From Octopus vulgaris (Eukaryota), in assembly GCA_951406725.2 (NCBI GenBank), contig OX597830.1:66836001-66900000 (forward strand): a stretch of DNA of 64,000 bases. The letters run 5' to 3'. Below the pieces are notes generated by a model, which saw only the letters and a list, made by a program, of their open reading frames with translations, was not told the DNA's origin and did no database searches. The position numbers and the translations under genes are program-made. Shown here in pieces: positions 1 through 19,141 of this stretch (its first letter is position 1; every line of letters starts with the position of its first letter).

Positions 1-174
1 CATGCTGGAGCACCGCCTTTAGTCGAGTAAATCGACCCCAGGACTTATTCTATGTAAGCCCAGTACTTATTCTATCGGTCTCTTTTGCCGAACCGCTAAG
101 TGACGGGGACGTAAACACACCAGCATCGGTTGTCAAGCAATGCTAGGGGGACAAACACAGACACACAAACACAG

Positions 175-209
<35 letters not shown>

Positions 210-384
210 CATACATATATACGAGGGGCTTCTTTCAGTTTCCGTCTACCAAATCCACTCACAAGGCTTTGGTCGGCCCGAGGCTATAGTAGAAGACACT
301 TGCCCAAGGTGCCACGTAGTGGGACTGAACCCGGAACCATGTGGTTGGTAAGCAAGCTACTTACCACACAGCCACTCCTGTGCC
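1..384 (-). mobile_element. tRNA-derived SINE, family A (internal microsatellite), truncated by window edge
   Basis: The reverse strand begins GGCACAGGAGTGGCTGTGTGG (A box-like) ... GGTTCAGTCCC (B box-like). Near-identical to many other copies in the window. Confidence 0.85.
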
Positions 385-611
385 TATATATATATTATAA
401 TTTAGAAACAGTAAAAGATTGTCATTAAAGTACTCGGAGTTTCGAATGTCAGAGCAAAGAGCTATAATACATTCATGTCAGCTATTAATGGCAACCGTTT
501 ACTGTTTGTTCTAACTTATGACATATAAATAATGCTCTATTTCTCTAATATTGATGTCTCATTCTTTTGTTTTTTCATTTTATTAGTATTATTATTATAT
601 ATATATGTATA

Positions 612-833
612 TCATCATCATCATCATCATCATCGTTTAACGTCCGTTCTCCATGCTAGCATGGGTTGGACGGTTCGACTAGGGATCTGGGAAGCCAGAA
701 GGCTGCACCAGGCTCCGGTCTTATCTGGCAAAGTTTCTACAGCTGGATGCCCTTCCTAACTGTAGAAACTTTGCCAGATAAGACCGGAGCCTGGTGCAGC
801 CTTCTGGCTTCCCAGATCCCTGGTCGAACCGTC
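612..833. mobile_element. RTE LINE 3'-end fragment (- strand, 612-759) plus inverted partial copy (760-833)
   Basis: (CAT)n tail and ccatgctagcatggg motif match the 3' end of the RTE at 22114-23308. 669-742 is the reverse complement of 760-833. Confidence 0.8.
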
Positions 834-855
834 TATATAATATATACATATATAT

Positions 856-890
<35 letters not shown>

Positions 891-939
891 CTTACATATA
901 AGAGAACAAAGTGTACGTACGCCGCTATATATATATACA

Positions 940-1286
940 AATACAAAATGGGACGAGAACGCAAAACATCCAGAAGACGATACAAAAACACCGACGGGTC
1001 ATTCAAAGCTTTTAATCTTCAGTCAAGAACTGGATCATCCGCGCAAATTCGGCTGATTAATCTTGAGATTGCTCCAATCTGGTCAGCCCCAAGGAAAAAC
1101 TAAGCTAAGAGCATTAGATTTCTTGGAAAGAGATTCGAATGTATACGAAACAAGGATGGAAAAACGGACAATGTTACACGAATATAAATACATAAATAAT
1201 ATGAAAAACAATAATAATGATAATAACAGGACATCACATCAGGCGTCTTTCAACTGGAAACGAATTGAATTCAGCTAGCGTATTAG
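940..1286. repeat. Unclassified interspersed repeat (possibly Penelope-like); diverged inverted copy at ~48640-48980
   Basis: tcttcagtcaagaactggatcatc...ggctgattaatcttgagatt matches the reverse complement of 48835-48890. Both copies abut (TA)n. Confidence 0.55.
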
Positions 1287-1342
1287 GAACCGTCCAACCC
1301 ATGCTAGCATGGAAAACGGATGTTAAATGATGATGATGATGA

Positions 1343-1346
<4 letters not shown>
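1287..1346 (+). mobile_element. Remainder of RTE 3' end with (GAT)n tail
   Basis: gaaccgtccaacccatgctagcatggaaaacggatgttaaa(tga)n continues the copy broken at 833. Confidence 0.8.
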
Positions 1347-1384
<38 letters not shown>

Positions 1385-1522
1385 TACTTTTATTAAAGCT
1401 GCAAAATTATCTCAGAACTGTTAGTCAGGGTTTTATGATCCTGTTCAGCAAACAGATTTGATAATACTCTACCTTGGTATTCAAGTACTATTTTTTCACC
1501 TTGTTTTGCTCATCTGTGTATG

Positions 1523-1554
<32 letters not shown>

Positions 1555-1588
1555 TGTATGTATGTATGTATGTATGCATGTCTGTATG

Positions 1589-1629
<41 letters not shown>

Positions 1630-1819
1630 GATAGATCGTTAGCTCCTACACGCATTTTTTTCTCTCCTTGTTTTTTTTCTGTGTATCTTTCTGTCGAAGA
1701 GCATAGGCTCGAAACGTAAAAGACTTGTTTTATTTCTATTCCTGAGTGCCATACTAATACATTTGTTTGTTTGTACTCCACCTGCCTTCGTCTTTTGTTT
1801 ATTTTCGTAAACCTTCCCG

Positions 1820-1821
<2 letters not shown>
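1630..1821 (+). mobile_element. Short (TA)n-embedded repeat with hammerhead-like motif (Penelope-like/retrozyme-like), type 1
   Basis: TCTTT-CTGTCGA-A-GAGC-ATAG-GCTC-GAAACGTA-AAAGA at 1686-1723. Partial inverted copy at 27638-27744. Confidence 0.55.
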
Positions 1822-1863
<42 letters not shown>

Positions 1864-1871
1864 ATAATAAT

Positions 1872-2177
<306 letters not shown>

Positions 2178-2254
2178 AAAGGATGTGTTGTAATACTACA
2201 TATATACACACGTGCGCACACACTTACATATCATGTTTTTCTTACTAATTTCAG

Positions 2255-9840
<7,586 letters not shown>

Positions 9841-10221
9841 ATTAAATTTATTTTCTCTTTTATATGTGTGTATATATAAATATTTTTTACATTCACACAC
9901 TTACACACACACATATATCTTATTCATCTATCTATCTATCAATCTATCTAACTATATATATATATATATATATATGATACATACACATACTCACACAAGT
10001 ATGTATGCATTTACATATATATAAATATACATATATATATATATATACGTATATATATTATATATATATATATATTATATAGAGGGCATTATTACACATA
10101 AATGCCCTCTATATAATATAAATAAATATTTTCAAGTGAAAAAATTTACAGATTTTTTCTCTTATGAGGTTTTTCACGCTAACTACCTGATAATTTCTTA
10201 TTAAGATTTTATCCTAATTTT

Positions 10222-10272
<51 letters not shown>

Positions 10273-11273
10273 GTGCATGCATGCTTACATCACATATCTT
10301 TCATCTTTTACTTGTTTCAGTCATTAGACTGCAGATAATGTCCAGTTTTCCATGCTGGCATGAGTTGGACATCATAACTTTTTGTAGCAGTGTTCTATGG
10401 CCAAATGCCCTTCCTGATCTCTTAGTCACCTCTTTTGACCACAGAGATATATATCTATGTGTGTTTGTGTGTGTGCAGATGTAGTGTTTTAGTTATGTAA
10501 GTTTTGTGATGTCATTTGGTTTCAATTCCTAGCAAAAACACACAAACATTTTTTTTTTTTTTCTTGCTGAGGAATAGGATTCCTATAGAAGAAATGATAC
10601 GAATCATTGTTCTGAAAATAATGTTAGTGTATAGAAACTTTATTCACTTATTTTATTCTATGTATTTACTTTTGTTTTACATAATCATTGGTAATCTAAT
10701 ATCCATATTCACTCACGACGTTGTAGGCCAGGTAAAACTACTTGACTTATAGTTGATTCAATAAAGAGTTTGAATAAAGAGTACAATTTCCCCATCAGCT
10801 AAGATCCTAATTAATTCCACATTTCAGTCACCTTCATTTTGTCATTCAGTAGATCTATTAATTTTTGTTCTTCACCTTTTACAAATTAATTTCCTGTTCC
10901 TTTCATAAAATTGGATTATTCAACAGAGAAATTTCTCTATACTTTCCAGTCCTTGATCACTGGATTATGTCTGTACATTTCTGGAGTATCAAATCAACTT
11001 AGAAATTTCTTTATTGTTACATTGTGAGTATTATATATATATATTTCAGGTGTAACACTTAAAAACGGTAATTCTGAAAGCCAATTATTTAAATCTATTA
11101 ATGATTCATTTAAGTGCTGGAAATTTGATCTTTGGGATCTGCTGACTGAAAAATAAAATGAAATCTTGATATGAAACAGTTGATGATAAGAAGATAGGTC
11201 TGTCTGTAAACATTTTAAAAGCAGTTTCAATGTATGAAGAATTCTAAGAGTCTCCAGCATCAATATTGAATAA

Positions 11274-11480
11274 GCCGACTAACTGGCAGAATTGTTACCA
11301 TACTGGACAAAATGCCTGGCAGTTTTTCATTCTGAGTTCAAATTCCGCCAAGGTTGACTTTGCCTTTCATCCTTTTAGGGTTGATCAAATAAGTACCATT
11401 TGAGTTCTGGGGTCGATGTAATCGATTTACCCCCCCCCCCCAAAAAAAAATTGATGGCCTTGTGCCAAAATTTGAAATCA
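11274..11480 (+). mobile_element. SINE family B
   Basis: ctggcagaattgtta...gagttcaaattccgccaaggttgactttgcctttcatcc; flanked by atcaatattgaa direct repeats (TSD-like). Confidence 0.8.
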
Positions 11481-12744
11481 ATATTGAACAGAAATAAAAA
11501 TTCTATCTCTTTTTCTGCAACGTGATTAGCCTGATGGCAGTGTTATGACAACATTGTTCTAATGAAGGCATTTATTAGCAAGAGATATTTCTTCAAAGAA
11601 AATTCTTTCACTTGGTTCTCATGTCATGGAAGAGTTCCATATTCATTCTTTTTTTTTGTTTTTGTATTCTCAGACAACTTTAAACAAAGTTGGCATCATT
11701 AACCAAAACATATTACTTGCACTATCAAATAGCTAATTTACCTTTGACCTCTCATAAATAATTAATGCATTCCCTTCTCATTTGAATAACACAATCATTA
11801 TCAGGTAATTCATTCACAAGACACATTTCCTGGTGGAATTTTCAATCCATGAATATTTATCATTTACAGGTGTTTTGTACAAGTGTAGAAATATTCTTAG
11901 CCATTAACACATTCATGCATACATACAAACACATACACATATACATTATTTTCTTTTCATAATTGTATTAATCCAACAAACATTACAACTAAACTATGAT
12001 GATAGCCTCTTTTACTTAGTATATTTTTTTTTAAAAAACCTTCATGCTCAATGGGTCTCCAAACATAAATTATTTTCATTCCATACTTTATTTAAATAAT
12101 CTATGAGCCCCAAGATTCCCTTATAATAAGATCCCATTAAAAATAGTTTTAATTAAACGCATTTACATATAATTAGTAGTGTGAAAGTATAATTAATGTA
12201 TGTAGTAATACTTTAATTAGAATACAAAAGAAGGACTCAATACATTAGGTAGAGTAAATATTTGATATATCAGGTTAACTTCCACCTTATAGTTTTCTGT
12301 TGGTGAGTTTCTTGTCCCTTTATCTTTCGATATTCCTCATATTGAGGTGGCTGGTGGAATGGATGTCTCTTGATCAAAGTTTATCAGCCAATACATATTG
12401 GTCAAGTGTAGTATTCATTTTGTCACTCTGTCCAATCTATTGAATGTCTTCGGAGAAAAGGATATGAAACCCAGATATACAAAATGCTTTTAACATTTCA
12501 TGTGTGTGTACATATGTATATGTATGTATATATGTGTGTGTGTGAGAAAAGGTAAGTTCAAAATGAATAATTCAAACTTTCTGGGGGGATCCAAAATGAG
12601 AGAAGAGGTGATTTCTAATACGGATTCATCATATTCATGAAAATCAGCCAAAACAGGTAATAAGAATATGAAAATCTCCTCAAATATATATATATATATA
12701 TATGTGTATGTATATATATGTATGTATGTATGTGTATATATATA

Positions 12745-12795
<51 letters not shown>

Positions 12796-13388
12796 AATGT
12801 GATGATATTCTTTTCGAAAAAAAAAAATATTTTCTCGAAAAAAATTTTATCAATGGCCAGCATATTAAAAAATACCTTAAACGGTTAAATTTATAAATGA
12901 GGGCAAAGGAAAAAATTTCTAATGCCAAATATGCTGAAAAATTGGACATATTGTCCATTAACCATATAATGTTTTCACAATATATATACATACACATATA
13001 TATGCATATAAACATGTTTGTATGTACAAACAAGAAATAAGGATATTCAATGAATACTGTAGAATATAATATATGTATGTAATTTATATATATATATGTT
13101 TGTGTGTGTGTGTATAAATATCTTGACAAAGCACTTGTGGGGACAAAAGAATAAGACCCCAGTATCACTGGAAATAGAGAACTGAATCTATTAAATGACA
13201 CATGTCTGGAATCAAGTGATAGATTTTTGTTTTTCACTGATGATGTTTAGTCCCATGTTAAGTATGGTGTAAGCATGAATAAAAACTTGCAAAAGCTAAT
13301 GAAGTGCAACGTTCCTGATATTGTTTGCACAGAAACTCAGTCTTGAATGCAAATGTTCCATACATGTATCATTTAACATGTGTGTATA

Positions 13389-13758
13389 GGCGTAGGAGTG
13401 GCTGTGTGGTAAGTAGCTTGCTTACCAACCACATGGTTCCGGTTTCAGTCCCACTGCGTGGCACCTTGGGCAAGTGTCTTCTACTACAGCCTCGTGAATG
13501 GATTTGCTAGATGGAAACTGAAAGAAGCCCATTGTATATATGTATATATATATATATGTGTGTCTGTGTTTGTCCCCCCCCCCCCCAACATCGTTTGACA
13601 ACCGATGCTGGTGTGTTTACGTCCCCGTAACTTAGCAGTTCGGCAAAAAGAGACTGATACTAGGCTTACAAAGAATAAGTCCTGGGGTCGATTTGCTCAA
13701 CTAAAGGCAGTGCTCCAGCATGGCCACAGTCATATGACTGAAACAAGTCAAAGAGAGT
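13389..13758 (+). mobile_element. SINE family A
   Basis: Head ggcgtaggagtggctgtgtgg, internal (TA)/(TG) tract, tail gactgaaacaagt. Confidence 0.85.
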
Positions 13759-14321
13759 ATGTATGTATAGGTATGTGTGTATATATATATGAATATGTAT
13801 ATATATATATATATATTTATATATCGATTTCTGGCCATGGTTCAAGTCCAAATTTTTTAAAGGTTATAAATCTATTTTCTCAACACTAATACATTACTGA
13901 TCTTCTTTTATCAACTTCAGATGGATTAAAGACAAAGTCGACTCTGGTGAGAGATTGAGTAAACTAACAACTGAAATGTATTTAGTTAATCCATTTGAAT
14001 ACTGCACTATATTCGTCTGTCTTAGAACTTCTAGCAAATCTAATTTACATGGAACATTATATAATATGCTGATGTGTTGTTTTGTGAAAATAGTGTTGAC
14101 CTCAATGAATATATATATATAATTAGTGTAGAAAACATGAAGTATAACAGAAGCTTATTATTATAATCAAACAGTTATCAAAATCAGTTGTTCCCAAACA
14201 ATTTTTCGGCTTAATGTTATCAACTGGTTATCGTTAGAGTGAAAGGCTTCATCCCAAAGTAATCATAATAAGTGGCTTCCTCTGTAAATGAAGGCAAATT
14301 AATAACAATGAAGAGTATTAA

Positions 14322-14539
14322 CCCTTTCATTACTGTATTTATTTTGAGATGCTCTGTTTCTTTCAATTACTTTAAATATAACAGAGAATTTAGTAAAATA
14401 ACTTAGTTATCATTAAGCTAGTGTTAGGAACATTAATTGTGACTAAGATTTAGTGGAAGAGTTTAATTCAAAACTTATGAAAACAAGACATTTGTACTCA
14501 GAGCCATAGCCGGTTTCAGCCGGGTTGGTAACGAAAGGG
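14322..14539. mobile_element. piggyBac-like MITE, copy 1
   Basis: TTAA|CCCTTTCATTAC ... GTAACGAAAGGG|TTAA. Confidence 0.8.
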
Positions 14540-14559
14540 TTAAATTAATCATTTGTTAA

Positions 14560-14780
14560 CCCTTTCGTTACTGTATTTATTTTGAGATGCTCTGTGTTTC
14601 TTTCAATTAATTTTAAATATAACAAAGAATTTAGTATAATAACTTAGTTATCATTAAGCTAGTGTTAGGAACATTAATTGTGACTAAGGTTTAGTGGAAG
14701 ATTTTAATTCAAAACTTATGAAAACAAGACATTTGTACTACAGAGCCACACCGGTTTCAGCCAGGTTAGTAACGAAAAGG
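14560..14780. mobile_element. piggyBac-like MITE, copy 2 (tandem)
   Basis: TTAA|CCCTTTCGTTAC ... GTAACGAAAAGG|TTAA; internally very similar to copy 1. Confidence 0.8.
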
Positions 14781-15385
14781 TTAATAACATCTTTTGAATT
14801 CATATTTCTATCACCTTGCTCTGAGTCCTCAACTCCTGATAGAGCAGTAGGGTTGCTGTTGAGATATGTGGTGTGTCTTCAGCATTTTTAGAACTGGCAG
14901 ACCCTATTCTTCTTCAGAATTAACCACAACTGATTTCTTCCAGAAAGAAAGTCTATTCAATGCTCTAGTGACTTGGCCAGTTTTGCCCCTGCATGCTTTT
15001 CTATTGCAAGACAATGAAAACTGTAATTAAACACATTTGCATATATAATAATGGAGAAACTTCTACTTATTTATTCAACCTGCTAATAATAGCAGCTAAT
15101 TATCCTTCAAATCCTTACCTTCTCTACTAACCATTTGACTGTGTAATTAAATGTTATGGTCATTCCTGTTAATGATGTTAATTATCCACCAAAAATACAA
15201 AACCAGAATTGCAATATTTTTTTCAGTATCTCTCGTTTTTGTATCCACCACCAAGAGTATTTGGTTCTTTCTCTGTAAAGAGATGTTTGATGAAATATGT
15301 GAACAAAAACAAAAAATAAGAAAATCTGAACAAATATATTTTGTGAGAAGTGTCTCATTGTGAATTGTCACCAATTCTAACAGCA

Positions 15386-15754
15386 TACTCTTTTACTTGC
15401 TTCAGTCATTTGACTGCGGCCAAGCTGGAGCACTGCCTTTAGTCGACTTATTCTTTGTAAGCCTAGTACTTATTATATCAGTCTCTTTGCCGAACCGCTA
15501 AGTTACGGGGACGTAAACACACCAGCATCGGTTGTCAAGCGATGTTGGAGGGACAAACACAGACACACACACACCTATATATATACATATACATATATAC
15601 GACGGGCTTCTTTCAGTTTCTGTCTACCAAATCCACTCACAAAGGCTTCGGTCAGCCCGAGGCTATAGTAGAAGACACCTGCCCAAAGTGCCACGCAGTG
15701 GGATTGAACCCGGAACCATGTGGTTGGTAAGCAAGCTACTTACCACACAGCCAC
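15386..15754 (-). mobile_element. SINE family A
   Basis: Reverse complement of the family A sequence. Confidence 0.85.
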
Positions 15755-15868
15755 AGAGAAGTTTTTTTTTTTTTTTTTTTTCAATGTTGTTGGGTAAAAC
15801 TACATTCCACAGTTAACAGTTATAAAATTCTGAGTGGAAATATCTGCCTTCCATGTCCGAAGGGTTAA

Positions 15869-16431
15869 CCATTTAGCATTCAGATTACTCTGTCAAATGT
15901 AATGCCGGAACTCCGTCAGTTACGACAACGAGGGTTCCAGTTGATCCAATCAATGGAACAGCCTTCTCATAAAACTACCATGCAAGTAGCTGAGTACTCC
16001 ACAGACATGTGTACTCTTAACGTAGTTCTCGGGGAGATTCGGCATGACACAGAGTGTGACAAGGCTGGCCCTTTGAAACACAGGTACTACTCATTTTTGC
16101 CAGCTGAGTGGACTGGAGCAACTGTGAAATAAAGTGCCTTGCTCAAGGTCACAACACAGTACTGAGAATTGAACTCATGATCTTACAATCATGAGCCAAA
16201 TACCGTAATGACTAAGTCATGCACCTTCACTTCTGACAAATGTAATACTTCTATATTCACCTTGTTATGAATTAATTTGTGCATTACCTCCCAGCTTCCA
16301 GAGCTCAGCAATGCAGTTGTTTATTCTTAGAATGACATTGTAGGGTAGGTGTGAGAGGCCAGATCTGGTCTGTTTGAACATAAAACAGGAAGAATATTTT
16401 GGCCAGATACAGCTGGTTTAAATATAAAAGG
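15869..16431. mobile_element. Second TTAA-type MITE family, interrupted by a SINE
   Basis: ttaa|ccatttagcattcag start. The body matches the reverse complement of 62167-62380. The inserted SINE is flanked by tctg(t/a)caaatgtaat duplications. Confidence 0.55.
15905..16230 (-). mobile_element. tRNA-derived SINE, family C tail with alternative central domain
   Basis: Tail ctccgtcagttacgac...gagtactccacagacatgtgtac is shared with 17712-18096. Head gtgaaggtgcatgacttagt lies on the - strand. Confidence 0.8.
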
Positions 16432-16938
16432 TTTTATAACAAAGGACATGTTGAATAAGGTAGCCCTGGATAGATATATGCATTTGACCATTGGTCTGCT
16501 CAATCAGTACAGCTCCGCTGTGGAGTGCAAATGTAAAGACATTGCCTTAGATCAACTAATACCTTACGAGTAGAATTTGAAAGATGGAACCGACACAGGA
16601 GCCTCATATATATTTATGTGTGTTTCTGTGTGTTTGTATGTATTTACTGGTGTATGTTGCTGAGGAAAGCAAAAATCAGCAAGTAAAACAATAAAACAAA
16701 AAGAAACATGACTTTATGAACAAAGTCCCATAAGACATTTACTTTACACTGAGTTACAGATACTCCCTTGTTAACCTTGCCATCAGAAATACAGTGAGCT
16801 TGACTGTGATTTGCGAAACAAACCTGTAACCAATAACAACAACTACAATATAAAATGATAAAAAAAAAATTTTAAACAAACAACTCTTCAATTTGGAATT
16901 ACAAAAATCTGTTCTAATCTTGGAGACATCTAAATTAA

Positions 16939-17159
16939 CCCTTTTGGTACCAACCTGCCTGAAACCACCCCTGGTTCTATGATACCAAATTCCTGTTTAA
17001 AAGTAATCTAAATTTATATTTCCCATCTAAATTTCATGATAATTTATTTTTCAAGAACCAGCTTAACAATGACAGTGTTATTTTACCAGATTCTTCATTA
17101 TTTTTCAAATTAATTGAAACAAAGCCATTGAATTTCAATAGAAATATGGTAACAAGAGG
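16939..17159. mobile_element. piggyBac-like MITE, diverged inverted copy of the 14322 family
   Basis: TTAA|CCCTTTTGGTACC...; the body is the reverse complement of the 14322-14539 body. Confidence 0.6.
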
Positions 17160-17249
17160 ATTTTTCGTCATTCATTGTCACTGGAATGTCTTTTGATTGC
17201 TATGATCATAGGTTCTGTAGTCAACTGCTGTGTGCCAGTCAAACTGATG

Positions 17250-17425
17250 GGTTTCCCAGGCTAAAATCTATGAAAGTGTAATTTTTTCTGCAAAGTGGGA
17301 AGAAATCCAAAGACAAGATATCATTCATTGAGGCCTCCACAAGTAAGGGTTTTTGTGTATCTGCACCTGTATGTGCTGGGGCTTGGGAAAGATTTTTTGC
17401 TGACGTTTAACAATTGCCTATACAT
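17250..17425 (+). repeat. ~175-bp local duplication, copy 1 (copy 2 at 18965-19141)
   Basis: ggtttcccag..ctaaaatctat...gaggcctccacaagtaaggg...gctgacgtttaacaatt.cctatacat occurs in both places. Confidence 0.9.
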
Positions 17426-17711
17426 ACAAGTTTCCTTTCTCTATGCCAATAGTATTACCCAAGAGGAAGGCCTTTCTTAAAACTGATACAGCTTGGCAGG
17501 ATGTAAAGGGTGGAAATAAATACCACAAGGTATCTCATCCAAAACTCTACTGCTTCCCCAATCCATCACTTTTGATTGGTGCTTTTTCTTTTTTTATCTC
17601 TTCCTTAAAATAATGATAGGCAATGCTGACCTTGGTAGGTTTTGAACTATAACTGCAGAGAATCAGGACAAATTCCACAAAGCATTTTATTTAATGGCCT
17701 TAAAATTCAAC

Positions 17712-18096
17712 TGGAAGCACTCCGTCAGTTACGATGACGAGGGTTCCGGTTGATCTGAATCAACGGAACAGCCTGCTCGTGAAATTAACGTGTAAGTGGC
17801 TGAGCACTCCACAGACACGTGTACCCTTAACGTAGTTCTCGGGGATATTCAGCATGACACAGAGAGTGACAAGGCCGGCCCTTTGAAATACAGGTACAAC
17901 AGAAACAGGAAGTAAGAATGAGAGAAAGTTGTGGTGAAAGAGTACAGCAGGGATCACCACCATCCCCTGCCGGAGCCTCGTGGAGCTTTAGGTGATTTCA
18001 CTCAATAAACACTCACAACACCCAGTCTGGGAATCGAAACCGCGATCCTATGACCGCGAGTCCGCTGCCCTAACCACTGGGCCATTGTGCCTCCAC
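17712..18096 (-). mobile_element. tRNA-derived SINE family C, full length
   Basis: Reverse complement of 33110-33499; tRNA-like A and B boxes. Confidence 0.9.
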
Positions 18097-18123
18097 ATAA
18101 TTTAACTAATTCATCACTTAAAC

Positions 18124-18269
18124 CAGTCATGAGCAAACTGCAACCTGTGGGACTTTCTGAATGACATGTCTCATGTAATATTACTTTGAATTCTTTTAGT
18201 AGTGCAGCTCACATGATGATGGATCATGACTCATGTAGCCTACTTCTTAAAAACGGTTGCCCATGCCTG
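18124..18269. mobile_element. Small hAT(Charlie)-like MITE
   Basis: CAGTCATGAGCAAAC ... GGTTGCCCATGCCTG termini; imperfect 8-bp flanks acttaaac/atttagac. Confidence 0.45.
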
Positions 18270-18273
18270 ATTT

Positions 18274-18548
18274 GTTTGCTCCTTCTCAAGCCATCCCTGG
18301 CTCATAAGGGCTGGTTTCCCGGTTTCCTTGGCATATAGGTTCCCCACCTGGACGGGATGCCAGTCCGTCACAGGTGAGCTGCAAGATGCAGGAGGAAAGA
18401 GTGAGAGAAAGTTGTGGCGAAGTTCGCCATTACCTTCTGCCAGAGCCACGTGTCGCTCATAAACACACACATTGCCTGGTCTGAGATTTGAACCCGCGAT
18501 CCCTCGACCGCGAGTCCGCTGCTCTAATCACTAGGCCATGTACCTCTA
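18274..18548 (-). mobile_element. SINE family D (C-type head, different tail)
   Basis: Matches 42411-42714. TSD catgcctgattt at 18262-18273 and 18549-18560. Confidence 0.85.
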
Positions 18549-18964
18549 CATGCCTGATTTAGACACATTGAATTATTTAACCAGATCTAGTATAAGTTGT
18601 ACTTGTTTATATTCTTTGGGGTTTTCTTTTCATCTCCCTAAATATGCACAGATGCTTGAATTAATTCATATATTAATCCCAATTACCCAGAGTATTAGTG
18701 ATTATCTCTTTAGAGATAATTTCCTTAGAATTCAGTCAATGACAAAATAAATGTCTTCCTGATTTATATTGCTGACAAAATTTACTTCGAGCTAAGTGCA
18801 TTTAGACCATTGAGAGTTAATTGTTATGACCACAGGCATAATACAGTACCAATGACAGGATACAGACTCTTAATTCAGCTGGTTGTCCAGGTATCACTGG
18901 TTAATTTTGATCACACTGCCCAAATAGTAGCCAGACACTAGCCAGCCATTTCCACAGTTAGATA

Positions 18965-19141
18965 GGTTTCCCAGACTAAAATCTATAAATGTGTAATTTT
19001 TTCTGCAAAGTGGGGAGAAATCCAAAGACAAGATATCATTCATTGAGGCCTCCACAAGTAAGGGTTGTTTGTGTATCTGCACCTGTATGTGCTGGGGCTT
19101 GGGAAATATGTTTTGCTGACGTTTAACAATTACCTATACAT
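18965..19141 (+). repeat. ~175-bp local duplication, copy 2
   Basis: See 17250-17425. Confidence 0.9.

Noticed and set aside
13237-13319. Possible C/D box snoRNA (CTGATGA ... CTGA about 80 nt apart)
   Set aside because: The C box is imperfect, there is no terminal stem and no recognisable rRNA guide.
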